Assembly: GCF_006345805.1 (NCBI RefSeq)
Contig: NC_043001.1
Span: 52,204,001-52,268,000 of the forward strand
DNA: 64,000 bases
Reading direction: 5' to 3'
Origin: Octopus sinensis
Taxonomy: Eukaryota
This document shows, piece by piece, positions 13,463 to 25,189 of this stretch. Position 1 is the first letter of the stretch. Every line of letters starts with the position of its first letter. A model generated the notes under the pieces. It was not told where the DNA came from. It worked only from the letters and a program-made list of their open reading frames with translations, and did no database searches. Position numbers and translations under genes: made by a program.

Positions 13463-13675
13463 TTTCAAAATGTGACCTCGTGTGTACCGTTAGCGATTTT
13501 TTACCCTCTGTCTTCCTTTCTCTGGATCTTTCCTTCTCCTATGTTTCTGATGAAGAGCTCCGCTCGAAACGTTGAACCCGCCTTCTTTCCTCCTTTCCTG
13601 AGCGTCCAATAATACTATATTTGTTCCACGTCCTCGCGTTGTTGTGTTTTTTGTGCTTTCTTGTTTGGATTAACT
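13463..13675 (+). mobile_element. short non-coding PLE-terminus-like unit carrying a hammerhead ribozyme, flanked by microsatellites
   Basis: shares hammerhead core, ttcctgagcg and T-rich tail with 24600-24745 and 33745-33905. Confidence 0.65.
13543..13577 (+). ncRNA. minimal type I hammerhead ribozyme (intact core)
   Basis: gttt-CTGATGA-a-gagc-tcc-gctc-GAAA-c-GTT-gaac: stem I gttt/gaac, stem II gagc/gctc, palindromic ACGT stem III, NUH triplet GUU. Confidence 0.75.
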
Positions 13676-16600
13676 TTATATATATATATATTATATATAT
13701 ATATATATAATATATATATATATAATATATATATATATATTATAAGCTTAAAGCTTATAAAAATATCATTATTATTATTTACAGATTCTAAAATTCGGCA
13801 CGGCTTACCAAGTAATTGCATATATATAATTCTATATACACAAGGTGTACATACATTGTCTTTACAGCAATCGAAGAAGCTGTCCAGTACCCTCGGAACA
13901 CACACACACACATATATATAGATACACGCACATATAAATGTTATGTGTGTCGTTATGTATGTATCTATGCTTGTTGTGTGTGTATAAATATCTTTTGTCA
14001 AAAAATATGACTCTTCTTTTAAATTAATTCGACTAATATTACAAATAAAAGCTAATATCCAATGCTTTTTACTGAATTCAATCGCTTTGCGTAAGTGTGC
14101 ATGTATGTACGTTTGTGAACATTGTCTCAGTTTATGTATTTCCTTGATAACTTACATCAAGTATAGATTTAATATTAAACCACGACAGAAATTAAATATT
14201 TACTTGGTAAACAGGTTAAAGTGTTACTGTCTGTAAAGGTAGGAACATACATATATTGTTTCAGCTCCTATGTAAATTGGTTGCACTTAGTAATAAGTGA
14301 ACTTTTAAAAAGCTATTCTTATTTCAGTACCGAAGGCAATGTTGATTAGTTTTTTGAAGTTTTGCTTTTGAAACAAATTGTCTTGAACTTTCTCTGCTGT
14401 AGAATGTTTTCTGTCGTAACTGTACAACACCATGTAGCAATAATTCTGTCATTATTGCATTAAGAGGTCGTTCTCTGAAGTTATAGCTTCATCACCGTTG
14501 CCTAGTATCAAATCCCCGGTTATCTGATGTCAAATATGCAATTTGCATCTAGTGTTCCAAACTACAGCTAGAAATTTATTTTTTTCTCGTTTTGAATGTC
14601 AGAAATTTTAATCTACCAACCAATAAAACAACCAGATTAACTTCAGATGATTTCAATGTTAACTACTTCGGTCTATACAAAGTCGCGCAGATCTGGAATG
14701 CGGAATCCTTCTTTTCAGCAGGCAAAATCTTGCAATAAGATAAACGTAATTCTTAGTAAAGTGTACTTACTTCCTTGCTTACAGAATTTCTTTACATTTA
14801 TTTTCTAAATGGGATTAACGCAGATTTTAGAAACAAAAGAATTAACAATAAATAGGAATTATTAAGTAAAATGTCATAAAATTTATTACATTACAAAATG
14901 ATGAAATTATTTACTAAAAGACCAGAAAATTCTTTAGATTATAAATGAATTTCAAATACAAGTAACAGATACTAACAAATTTACGTTTTGCTTCAGGCAT
15001 TATTTTGAATATAATGTAATTTTTATATTTTTGCACTGCTAAATTAGGATTGACAAAATATTACAGTGGTTGTTCCATATCTCATCTTTTATTTACTTGT
15101 TCCAATGATTGGACAGCGGCCATGCTGTGGCACAGCCGTAATGGGTTTAGTCGAATAAATCGGCTCTAGTACATATTTTAGGACGTACTTCTTGCTACAC
15201 AGTCTAACTCAGTCAAATCTTCTGTCAATCACATCTTAAAATTGAAGGACATAATAGATAATATGATCTTAGATGAATGTTATCTGAATAAAAAAATGGG
15301 ATGGTTGCATCTGAACTACCTTTGTTCATCGGTCTATTCAATTAGAATTGTGAAATTAAAATCAACGTCACAACGAAGAAGAATATGGTAGAATGCAAAC
15401 TGAAAAGACAGGATCGGCACAGACAGAATGAAAACAAAGGGAAGTAATCCTGGATAATGTAGTTTGAAAGAAACATGAAAAGATAGATAGTCATTGTTAG
15501 AAAGCTTTTGATCATAGGTCTGTCATAGGTCTGTCCACTTAGGTTTGATCTGAAGCGAAACAACGCTAACTACAAAACAATACTCTGATAATATATTCTA
15601 AGTAAATTAAACTCTTCGTTGAATCGATTTACACTAAATGAGTAATATTTCTCATGCCAATTTACTTACTAGCACACAATACCTGTTGAAAGCATTCATT
15701 AAGCACACCCATCTGCAAGCATAGATTCAATCCTTATAAAAAGTAATTAGATTCGTTTGAAGTTATAGATCTTGCAGGATTTCGAAGCAGAGAATTGGCA
15801 ACATGAAGTTAGTCAGTTCAAACTTCCGTTTTAAAAAGTACAGGAGGAGAGGCATTACTTAATGTTCTAGTCAGGTTTTCTCCCAGCCCAAGATAGTGTC
15901 ATATTTTTTCTTCACCTCTCAACAATTCTACGTGGATTCAAGTATATTGTGAACATGATCAGCTATATTGACTGTATTTTCTCTAAAGTAATGTACTACA
16001 GAACACAGGGGCTTTACAATGCATTATAGAGAGACAATATAAGTTACTGACATGGTAATAGTTTCCATGGGTATCTAATCGGTATCCGTAGCAATTTTCC
16101 CCCTGTCCTTAGATATGTAACTCACCACAAACCGACAAATTTTCTATCCACCTTTCAGTATGTGTCGTTCCCCAACACTATTGTTCAAATAAGACCAGCA
16201 GACACAAAGAAACAAAGGAAGCCTCACATCTATCCAGGTATCTCTTATTGGCTGGTTATGTACATATAGATCACCGCTTTTCGGTATTGCCCAGCACCAA
16301 ATGGTTCCGTCCAGCAAGCTATCTTCTACAATCTTTCTTTCCCCTTTATCACAATTTTTCCCAAAGCGGAATTTTTTTGCTTGTCTTTAAGCTTGCAGTT
16401 AGAGCTACGTACTTGCGTGGGCATATCATTGAAGTTATTTCTATATGTGTGACACTATTATTTCAGCTACTATAACCCTGCTGGTGATCATTGCTCGACT
16501 GCCCGAAATCCAAAGTTCATGTTTTAAAGTCTTACATTTATTCTCCATTCCACCTTACGCTCTTTTGGCCGCGCTCACTTCAATTGTCTTCCTCGCGTAT

Positions 16601-17126
16601 CCACTTCTTTTCAGAATTCTACCAATTATTCATGCTTTCAATTTACTTCGTTTGTTTTAATTTCTAGGTGTGCTTTTACTCTTTGTTACCATTATTTCTA
16701 CTACGTTTTCCCTTTTCCCTGTCTTTACTTGAGCACTATCTCTACTTACTGAAAACTTACTTCTTTCATCTTTTACTTCCTCTCTCTACATACACTACTT
16801 CTCATTGGTTATTCACTTTACTCGCTCGTATCACTCCTTCACTTCATTTCATTCTGAGCTTTGCTGCCTTCCGACAGAAGCGACAGCCTTTTACATCTTT
16901 TCTTTGTAGGATGAAAAGCAACGACGAAAAAATGTAGGCTGTTCCTTTTTCGTTGCAAGTAAACTTATCAAAATCGTACATGAACTATGAAATAATTGCT
17001 GCCGAAGCACGTAACTAATTTCTTTCGGTTTCACATTCTAATTAACAATTAAGAAGTCAGTAACTGCCGACATGTTAACTCACTGAATTCAACCAGCAAC
17101 TAATATCTACCGAAATGAATCTAAGT

Positions 17127-17440
17127 ATCGGTTTCAAATTTTGGCACAAGGCCAGCTATTTCGAGGGACTGGTTAAGTCGATTATATCGACCCTGCCAGT
17201 GTTCAACTGGTACTCATTTTATCGACTCCAAAGAGATGAAAGGCAAAATCGACCCCGGCTAGCAACTTCAGTGTAGGGAGTAAGGCGATTGCATCAACTT
17301 AAATGGTACTTATTTTATCGACCCCAAAAGAGTGTACAGTAAAGTCGACTACGGTGAAATTTGAACTCAAAACGTAATCAAGAACGAAATGTCGCTAAGC
17401 ATTTCCTCCGGCGTGTAACGGTTCTGCCAGCTCGCCAGCT
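17127..17440 (-). mobile_element. cluster of family-B SINE pieces
   Basis: two copies of the core (tactcattttatcgac..aaagagatgaaaggcaaaatcgacc; tacttattttatcgacccc) plus head ctgccagctcgcc. Confidence 0.75.
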
Positions 17441-18894
17441 TTGAGTTAATCGACATATCGAAGCCGATAAATGTTTAGAACTCTACAACCTCAATCTGAC
17501 AACTTAGTTTAGAAGAGTCACAATGTCTGGCACTGAATTACCTACAAAATAACAACCGTGCTTTTCTTTCATTTGAGTCTTCTCGTTGACATATCTATCA
17601 CAAATAAATCTCATGAAATATTACCGTTATTGCGTGTTTTAATGTAAATATGTCTAATTAGATATAGTTTCCTCTGTCCTCTCCAAGTGCTGTCCTAATT
17701 AGAGACTATAAGCCAATGAAGAATATGACGAGATTAAGAAAAAAAGGTAAAATCGGCCAACATACTTGTTTCACATTTCTGTCACCTTTTCGTCGACAAA
17801 ATTTAACGCGAACTGTATCTGTGGTGGAGAAGAGTAATTCGAACGTGATACAGGATAAGGTTATTTATCAGAATAGTCTGAAATTATAAAAAACGATACT
17901 GCAAATGAATAGGTGAAACTATAGACTTTTAATAGAAACTTGATTATTCGTTAAAACTGAAGTTTGTTGGTAGGTTATGAAGCTTAATATTACAACTTGT
18001 GTTTCTAATAATGCTTCCTTTATTGCTTATGTATTTATCTATAGGTTTTATTTGAGAAGCAATTTATAAAACTTTTGTTTCAATGCATTTGAAACATTGA
18101 GTTCATGAGATCTTAATTCTACAAGGTTTTTGATTAGGTACAAAGGATATTTCTGTGAGAGGATAATGAAATCAGCAGCTGTAGCTTACATGTTTTTCCC
18201 AACAACAACAAACAACTTAAACAAAGTTTCAAGGCTTCAAAATTGACGAGAATCTAACATCGGGACATTCGAGTAAAAAACAATATATAACTTAACTTTA
18301 ATTAAGAATAAGACTTACATTCTGAGTTACCCATTTTCTGTCAATAGTGTATTATTATAAATTTATATGTACTACACTACTGAATCTAATTGTAAATAGA
18401 TCTCCAATTTCAAACTTTCATGAAGGTGTAAACAAGTATAGATTTTCCGAAGTAAAAAAAAAAATAATAATAACTAAAAAATAATGAATATTCGAACGTC
18501 TGTCTAAATAAATATGACGAGAAAAAATTACCTAACTAGAGATACATAGAATATCTAGTCAAAATAAAAATATTTATTCTACTTAATTTTGAATATTTTG
18601 AAGAAATACTCCATAATTTTATTACTTTATATCTGGAAACAAATTTACTGAAAGTGATATGGAATAAACTTGCAGTGTAGTATCTAATTGAATATAACAT
18701 GTTTATTATCTAGTTTGCTCAGTCAAAAGAAAGTATTTAATATCGTTAAATTGTTCATAAACATCAGAAGTAAAAGCAAAAGCAGTAAATAAAATGAAAT
18801 ATCGAGATATTGAAAAGTAAATTTACGGTTAACATTTCTCTATTTCTTTTTGTAACTTGGAAATATTAACTAATATATTTGTTTCACAAAGCCA

Positions 18895-19295
18895 CTTACT
18901 CTTATACTTGTTTCAGTCAGTTGACTGCGGCCATGCTGGAGCACCGCCTTTAGTCGAAGAAATCTACCCCAAGACTTATTCTTTGTAAGCCTAGTATTTA
19001 TTCTATCGGTCTCTTTTGCCGAACCGCTACGTGGCGGGGACGCAAACACACCAGCATCGGTTGTTAAGCGATGCTGGGGGACAAACACAGACACACAAAC
19101 ACACACACACATAATCTATATATATACATATATACGACGGGCTTCTTTCAGTTTCCGTGTACCAAATTCACTCACAAGGCTTTGGTCGCCCCGAAGCTAT
19201 AGTAGAATTCACTTGCCCAACATGCCACGCAGTTGGACTGATCCCGGAACCATTGGTAGGTAAGCAAGCTACTTACCACGCAATTACTCCTGCGC
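18895..19295 (-). mobile_element. family-A SINE, full length
   Basis: homology to the other family-A copies. Confidence 0.88.
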
Positions 19296-19307
19296 TTTAT
19301 TAAAAGA

Positions 19308-19426
19308 CGTTTCCGGCACCTAGATTTCCCAAGCGGTCACCTATCTAAGTACTAACTAGGCTCGACTTTGCTTAACTTCGGTGATCGGACGAGAACCGGT
19401 GTTTTCAAAGTGATATGTCCGTAAAC
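19308..19426 (-). rRNA. 5S rRNA, solitary near-full-length copy (probably a pseudogene or orphon)
   Basis: reverse complement GTTTACGGACATATCACTTTGAAAACACCGGTTCTCGTCCGATCACCGAAGTTAAGCAAAGTCGAGCCTAGTTAGTACTTAGATAGGTGACCGCTTGGGAAATCTAGGTGCCGGAAAC, 119 nt, followed by TTTT. Confidence 0.93.
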
Positions 19427-19769
19427 TTCTTAAATTTTCATAAATAAGAATATAATTTAGCTGGGTTTCAGATATACAATTATATTCCCAGATTAGGTTT
19501 GGTCACTTGGCTGTACCTTTCGTTGACATAAACAACCGCAAAGACGAACGAGGGGATACAAAGCAAATCAACAAGCAAACCGCACCCCCCCCAAAAAAAA
19601 ACAAACCCAAATGGGTTTTGTTACATTAATGATTACTGTCACACACATAATAGAATATCATCACTCGGAGTTACAGCTTAGAGCACGCGCCAACCGGCAA
19701 ATTTCCCTATGATGATACTGAAGAACCAGCTTTGATTTAATTTATACCAACAACCATGGCTTCCAGTTG

Positions 19770-20050
19770 ATCTGGTCAACGGAACAGCCTACTCGCGAAA
19801 TTAACGTGCATGTGGCTGAGCACTCCACAGGCACGTGTGCCCCTTACGTAATTCTCAGGGAGATTCCGCGAGACACATAGGGGAACAAGGCTGGCTCTTT
19901 GAAATACAAGTACTATTGATTTTTGCCAGCTGAGTGGACTGGAGGAAATAAAGTGAAATAAAGTGCTTTGCTCATGGATAAAGCGCATCGCCGGGAGTTG
20001 AACTCACGAATGTGAGTCAAATGCCCTAACCACTAAGCCACGTGCCTTCA
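19770..20050 (-). mobile_element. tRNA-derived SINE, family C
   Basis: tRNA-like head (gtggcttagtggttagggcattt...gtgagttcaactcccgg on the minus strand) followed by a CORE-like segment. Confidence 0.7.
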
Positions 20051-20176
20051 TTAATTTATACCATACCCGCGTTTCGAATGAAGTGCTTTCTTTCATTATT
20101 TCTATATCCTGACATGCACTCACTCATTTAACATATATACTTAAATACGCACACTAAATACGTGTAGATCATCAAA

Positions 20177-20221
<45 letters not shown>

Positions 20222-20223
<2 letters not shown>

Positions 20224-20346
20224 AAGATCACGTGATCACGTGACCGACCAGACTATCAGATATTGCAACACATCGCTGGTCACAATGCGCTTCGCATTGT
20301 TTTAGCCATCAAATGACGCCATCCCGCTGGCTAAGCGAGCAGGCCA
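20222..20346 (+). repeat. short interspersed unit bounded on both sides by (TA)n
   Basis: GC-richer ~125-bp island between two TA tracts. Confidence 0.45.
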
Positions 20347-20352
20347 TGTATA

Positions 20353-20403
<51 letters not shown>

Positions 20404-20404
20404 G

Positions 20405-21900
20405 AATCATTAACTATTCTGCGTATGTATAATTCTTTATTGTTAATTAGGTTTTCAGATGTTCTTTTCTCCAGTAGACGCTGGTATTATTCAACTCTTA
20501 GACATTTAGCAAACTCTTTATTAGCTTCTACAAGTTGTTATTCCATTAAATCTTAATTTTAATGGCTTGGACTATATCTTACTCGCCGAGCAAAAGTCCG
20601 CTGCATATATAATACAAATTTCATGAATAAAATAGCACACCTTTTTCCAGATAACCCTGACTCTATGACTATGACCTCTTCTAACTAGTCGAACAACACA
20701 GAGGAACCGCTTTCAATTTACATGCCTCGGCACCATTGGCACCCTCGGCCCTATGGTAACTTTAAATCTCTCCTTCTTGATCAGCCCACTATAAACACAG
20801 TTTCAAACAACCACAAGAAATGTGAAATCATATTGTTCGCACCACCCTTATTATTTTTTATTTTTTTAAATCTTGAAATTATTTTTTTAAATCTTGAAAT
20901 CAAACTTTCTACCACTACAAAAGTATAACTCCATTTTCAATAAATCTTAAATAAAAATTTCATACTCCACCTCACCTTATCTTGGATCTATCATAGCTGC
21001 TCTCAATAGTCGCAAACTCCGAGGTCAGTCCAGTGAACATATAAAAACCTATGTAGCACCCTTATGGGATTTGTACGATAATTGTACCACAGCTATTAAT
21101 AACTACTCCTAGGTTAAGTAATTCTAAACTGACGACCAACCCTGATTACCAAATAATGGATATCAGTTCCATTCATCCCAGTTCTGTTATAAATTCCAAA
21201 TTCTACCCACCCTTACTGACGACACGTCAAATTAACTGCTGCGCATCCAATTTATGCCCTCTTGAGGCTTACACAAAAATGTGATATATAAATTCGATGA
21301 CGCCCCGCAACCAGCAGATAAGGAGATATATTGGGACCACTGTAGACTTTAAACGCAGATATCCTAAGATATTAATTCTTTTAACCCCCAAACCAAATTT
21401 CCTACTGAGCTAGTTACACATATCCATAATCTCAAAGCAAAAAATATACAGTATAAACTATCCTGGTCAATAGTTACGGAAGCCCCACCCTTACAATTTA
21501 TATATACGTAAATGTAAATTTTGTATTAAATAATCTTTAACTATTCTGCATGTCTGTAATTCTTCAATGTTAGGTTTTCAGATGTTGTTTTCTCCAGGAG
21601 ACACAGGTATTATTCGACCCTTAGAATCTGGCTAACTCTTCAGAATTGTTATTCCATTAAATCTTAATTTTAATAGCTTGGATTATATCTTCTCCTCTAA
21701 CCCACCACCTCTAGTACTTTTAATAGCTTCGTCTTAATTACAGTATATTCTTCCCAACTATACTCTCTAAAATCATCCAACATCCTTACTAATAAGTGTA
21801 GCTCTCTATAAAATCTTTCAACTTCGAATTCCACCACGTCAACCTCACAAATGTAAGTTTATCGGTTAGAAACGTCCCCGAAAATGTAAACCGTGGTATG
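20405..21900 (+). mobile_element. degenerate PLE relics (GIY-YIG C-terminal region) with a direct repeat of the 3' end
   Basis: YIGTTVDFKRRY...TELVTHIHNLK...YKLSWSIV...RKCKFC remnants at ~21325-21540; ~170-bp direct repeat at 20405-20580 and 21532-21690. Confidence 0.55.
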
Positions 21901-23689
21901 AATTTAATGAACCTTACAATCTATTATATTTTGGGATCTCTATGGTAGTATGGCGCGCGGACCTCTACAAGGCCGAAGCTCTCCGCCAACTCCATGACAC
22001 CTCCTCCTACTGCCCTCTGTCCTCTGACCCCACACCCAGCTACCAACAGACAGTCTCCTCTAACATCCATGACATCATCTCGTCCTCCCGTATTCCCCAC
22101 ACCGCATCCAACCTCATTGTCCGAACCCCCCGCACCCCCACCATTTACTTCCTCCCCCAAATCCACAACCCAACAACCCTGGCCCCCACATCGTCTCCGC
22201 CTGTAACTGCCCCACCGAGCTTATCTACAAATATCTCGACCGTGTCCTTGCCCCCCTAGTGGCTTCTCTTCCTTCTCACATCTGTGACATCAACCATGCT
22301 CTTCGTCTTTTCAACTCTTTCTTCTTCCCTCCTGGCTTCTCCAAACTTCTCTTTACAATGGACATCCAGAGCCTCTACACTGTGATCCCTCACCACGAGG
22401 GGCTGCGTGCACTGAAACACTTCCTGGACTTCCGACCCAATCCCCAACCCGACACCTCCACACTCGTTCGTCTGGCCGAACTTATCTTCTCACTCAACTG
22501 CTTCTCGTTCGCGGGCGACTTCTACCAACTGTTCTCGTGAGTGACCATGGGAACGAGAATGGACCCCAACTATGCGAACCTGTTCGTTGGCTATGTTGAG
22601 GCCCAAATATTCTCTAGTTTCACTGGTCTCACTCCCGAACTATATGGCCGTTATATTGATGACTGTATCGGTGCCACCTCACCCTCCCGCGAACATCTAG
22701 ACTCCTTCCTCTCTTTCGTCAAATCTTTCCATCCTGCCTTCCACTTCTCCTGCACTATCTCTGACACCTCTCTCTCCTTTCTTGACATTTCGGTCAGCAT
22801 TCATCACCCCACTCTTACCACCTCCATCCACTACAAACACACAGACTCACACTCATACTTTAACTTTTCCTCCTCCCACCCCAAACACCAAGATTTCCAT
22901 CCCCTATTCCCAATTCCTCCGTCTACGCAGGCTCTGTAGTGACGACCATGACTTTGAGACTCAGTCTCAACTCATGGCTTGCCACTTCATCCTATGTGGA
23001 TATCTCCTCATCACTATCCACACCGCCCTTGCCAGAGCACGTTCCGTGAACCGTGCATCTGCTCTCTCCCCCGAACCCGCCCAGCAGTCTCCCGCCTCCC
23101 TTTTCCCTTCACCTACCACCCCACCACCCTACCTCTCCAACGCACCATTCTTCGAGCTTTCCGGCATCTCCAGTACGACCCGTCCACTTCACACATCTTC
23201 CCTAACCGACCCCTCCCCCCTTCAAGCGAGCCCACAACCTACAAGACCTCTTGGTCCACAGCTTCTTCCCCAAACCTACCTCCCAACCTGGCTCGTTCCT
23301 CTGATCCCGCCTACGCTGCCGCACTTGCCCTTACCTCTCCAACACCACCCTCCTCACCGGCACCCATCATCAACCCTATCGCATCATCGACTCCTTCACC
23401 TGCACCTCCAGCAATATCATCTATTGCATCTCCAGCTCTCTCTGCCATTCCCTGTACATGGGAAAAAACGAGACGCCGCCTGGCTGATCGGTTCGCGAAC
23501 ACCTCCAAGACATCCGCCTCGGCAATGACACCCCGGTCTCGCGCCATTTCTGCTCCACCGGTCACTCCTTGCAACACCTCTTTGTGTTCGGAATGTCCTT
23601 GCACAGAGTCCATCCGGACTCCCGTTTGCGCCGTGAACAGGGATTAATCTTCTCTCTCCGCTCTTTTACGGCATTTGGGCTCAACTTTC

Positions 23690-24180
23690 CTCCCCTTTTC
23701 ATCTAACCTCCTCTCCGACTCCTACTTCTCTTCACTCCTACATCTTTTCACCCCTACTCTCTTTTCCTCTTCTCCCTTACTCTCTTTCTCTCTTCTCTCT
23801 GCTCTCCACTCTCCTTCTCTCCTCTCTCTCCCCTCCATCCTCCTTCTTCCCACCCAACTCTCCTCTCTTGCCCCGATTCCTACTTCTCGTCACTCCTATT
23901 TGTCTTCACCCCTACTATCTTTCACTCTTCTCTATTACTCTCTTTCTCTCTTCTCTCATACTCTCTTTCTCTCTTGCTCTCCCCTCTTTCACTCTTCCCT
24001 CTTTCTCTCTTACTCACTTTCTCTCTTCTCTCTTTCTCTCTTCTCTTTTACTCTCTTTCTCTCTTCCCTCTTTCTCCTCTCTTATTCTCTTTCTACTCTC
24101 CTACTCTTTCACCCTCTCATTCTCTCTTCTCTCTTACTCTCTTTCTCTCTTCTCTCCTCACATACCCACCTTCTCCATAA
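23690..24180. repeat. CT-rich low-complexity tail of the PLE
   Basis: direct reading. Confidence 0.9.
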
Positions 24181-24618
24181 GCCCACCCTTCCCATGCACC
24201 CATCCTATCCCACACACCCTTCCCCACATACCCCACCTCTACCCCTATCCACAAATCCCAACTCTACCCCAACACTCAGCCTAACCCACACCCCACCCGT
24301 GCTTTCCCCATTCTCACCTCCCCCACCTCCCAACAACATCACACCACACCATACAACATTACACATCACATCACAACACACCACCCACACACCTATCCCC
24401 ACATTTTCACACCTACACATACACGCACACGTCCAGACCACCAGTCCTCTTTCACACGCACATACATACTCTCTTATACACACACGCACCTTCGTGTTGG
24501 GGGTCATCTTTACCTTGTTATCTCCCCTACTTTCCTTCTCGTGTCCAGCACTAGTCGCCATGATAAATCGTTAGCCACTACACACATTTTTTTCTCTCCT
24601 TGTTTTTTTTCTCTGTCC

Positions 24619-24654
24619 CTTTTTGTAGAAGAGCATAGGCTCGAAACGTAAAAG
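24619..24654 (+). ncRNA. hammerhead-like motif with a variant core at the PLE 3' end
   Basis: cttt-TTGTAGA-a-gagc-atag-gctc-GAAA-c-GTA-aaag; stems I and II intact, core altered at C3 and A6. Confidence 0.55.
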
Positions 24655-24740
24655 ACTTTTCTATTCCTGAGCGTTATACTAATACATCTGTTTGTTTTGT
24701 ACACCACCTGTCTTCGTCTTTTGTTTTTTTCGTAAACACT

Positions 24741-24789
<49 letters not shown>

Positions 24790-24856
24790 ATATATACATA
24801 TATATACGTATATATACATATATATACGTATATATACATACACATATATATGTATA

Positions 24857-25020
24857 ACAACAATGGAAAAGGGAGACCAACGCTCAAGATTTTATTTAAA
24901 TCATTTATATCACCCTATCACCGACATATATTTCGATGGGTGCATTAAAAGAAATCCGAGAGGATGAATAATGTGGAACAATGCATCAATCCAATCAGGG
25001 AGGATATAACCAGCAGTGTG
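24857..25020 (-). mobile_element. second hammerhead-bearing terminus, tail-to-tail with the PLE end across a (TA)n tract
   Basis: on the minus strand: hammerhead-like core, then cttgagcg, then the TA tract. Confidence 0.5.
24919..25002 (-). ncRNA. degenerate type I hammerhead with a long stem II
   Basis: ctcc-CTGATTG-gattgatgcatt...aatgcacccatc-GAAA-tatat-GTC-ggtg; stem II 10/12 paired, GUC triplet, core CUGAUUG. Confidence 0.5.
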
Positions 25021-25189
25021 TGATGCAAGAAACTACGATATATCACGTATATATATATATATATATATATATACTCATGCTGTGCCCCCACACACACATA
25101 CACGCATATACATATATGGAATGCAATGTTGTATAAAGAACGATAGTATTTTTAAAATTGCTGTTAAGACCTGACGTGGTGAGAGAAGA

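Larger units (their letters stand above)
21940..24745 (+). mobile_element. Penelope-like retroelement, 5'-truncated: RT, GIY-YIG, CT-rich tail and hammerhead terminus
   Basis: VVWRADLY.AEALRQL; TMDIQSLYTVIPH.EGL.ALKHF; MGTRMDPNYANLFVGY; YGRYIDDCIG; IPYSQFLRLRRLCS; FTCTSSNIIYCI...LYMG..RRRLADRF.EHL. Multiple frameshifts and stops. Confidence 0.93.

Noticed and set aside
14400-14560. Minus-strand peptide ITGDLILGNGDEAITSENDLLMQ* as a possible terminal exon
   Set aside because: Weak acceptor and no family recognised; cannot be supported without a search.
19990-20050. tRNA-like sequences in SINE heads (also at 13300-13408, 26768-26850 and 44046-44095)
   Set aside because: Part of SINEs; they lack a complete cloverleaf, so they are not called as tRNA genes.
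23675-24574. 299-aa ORF, the longest in the track
   Set aside because: Stop-free reading of a CT-rich low-complexity tail (S/L/F/P-rich); no domain signal.
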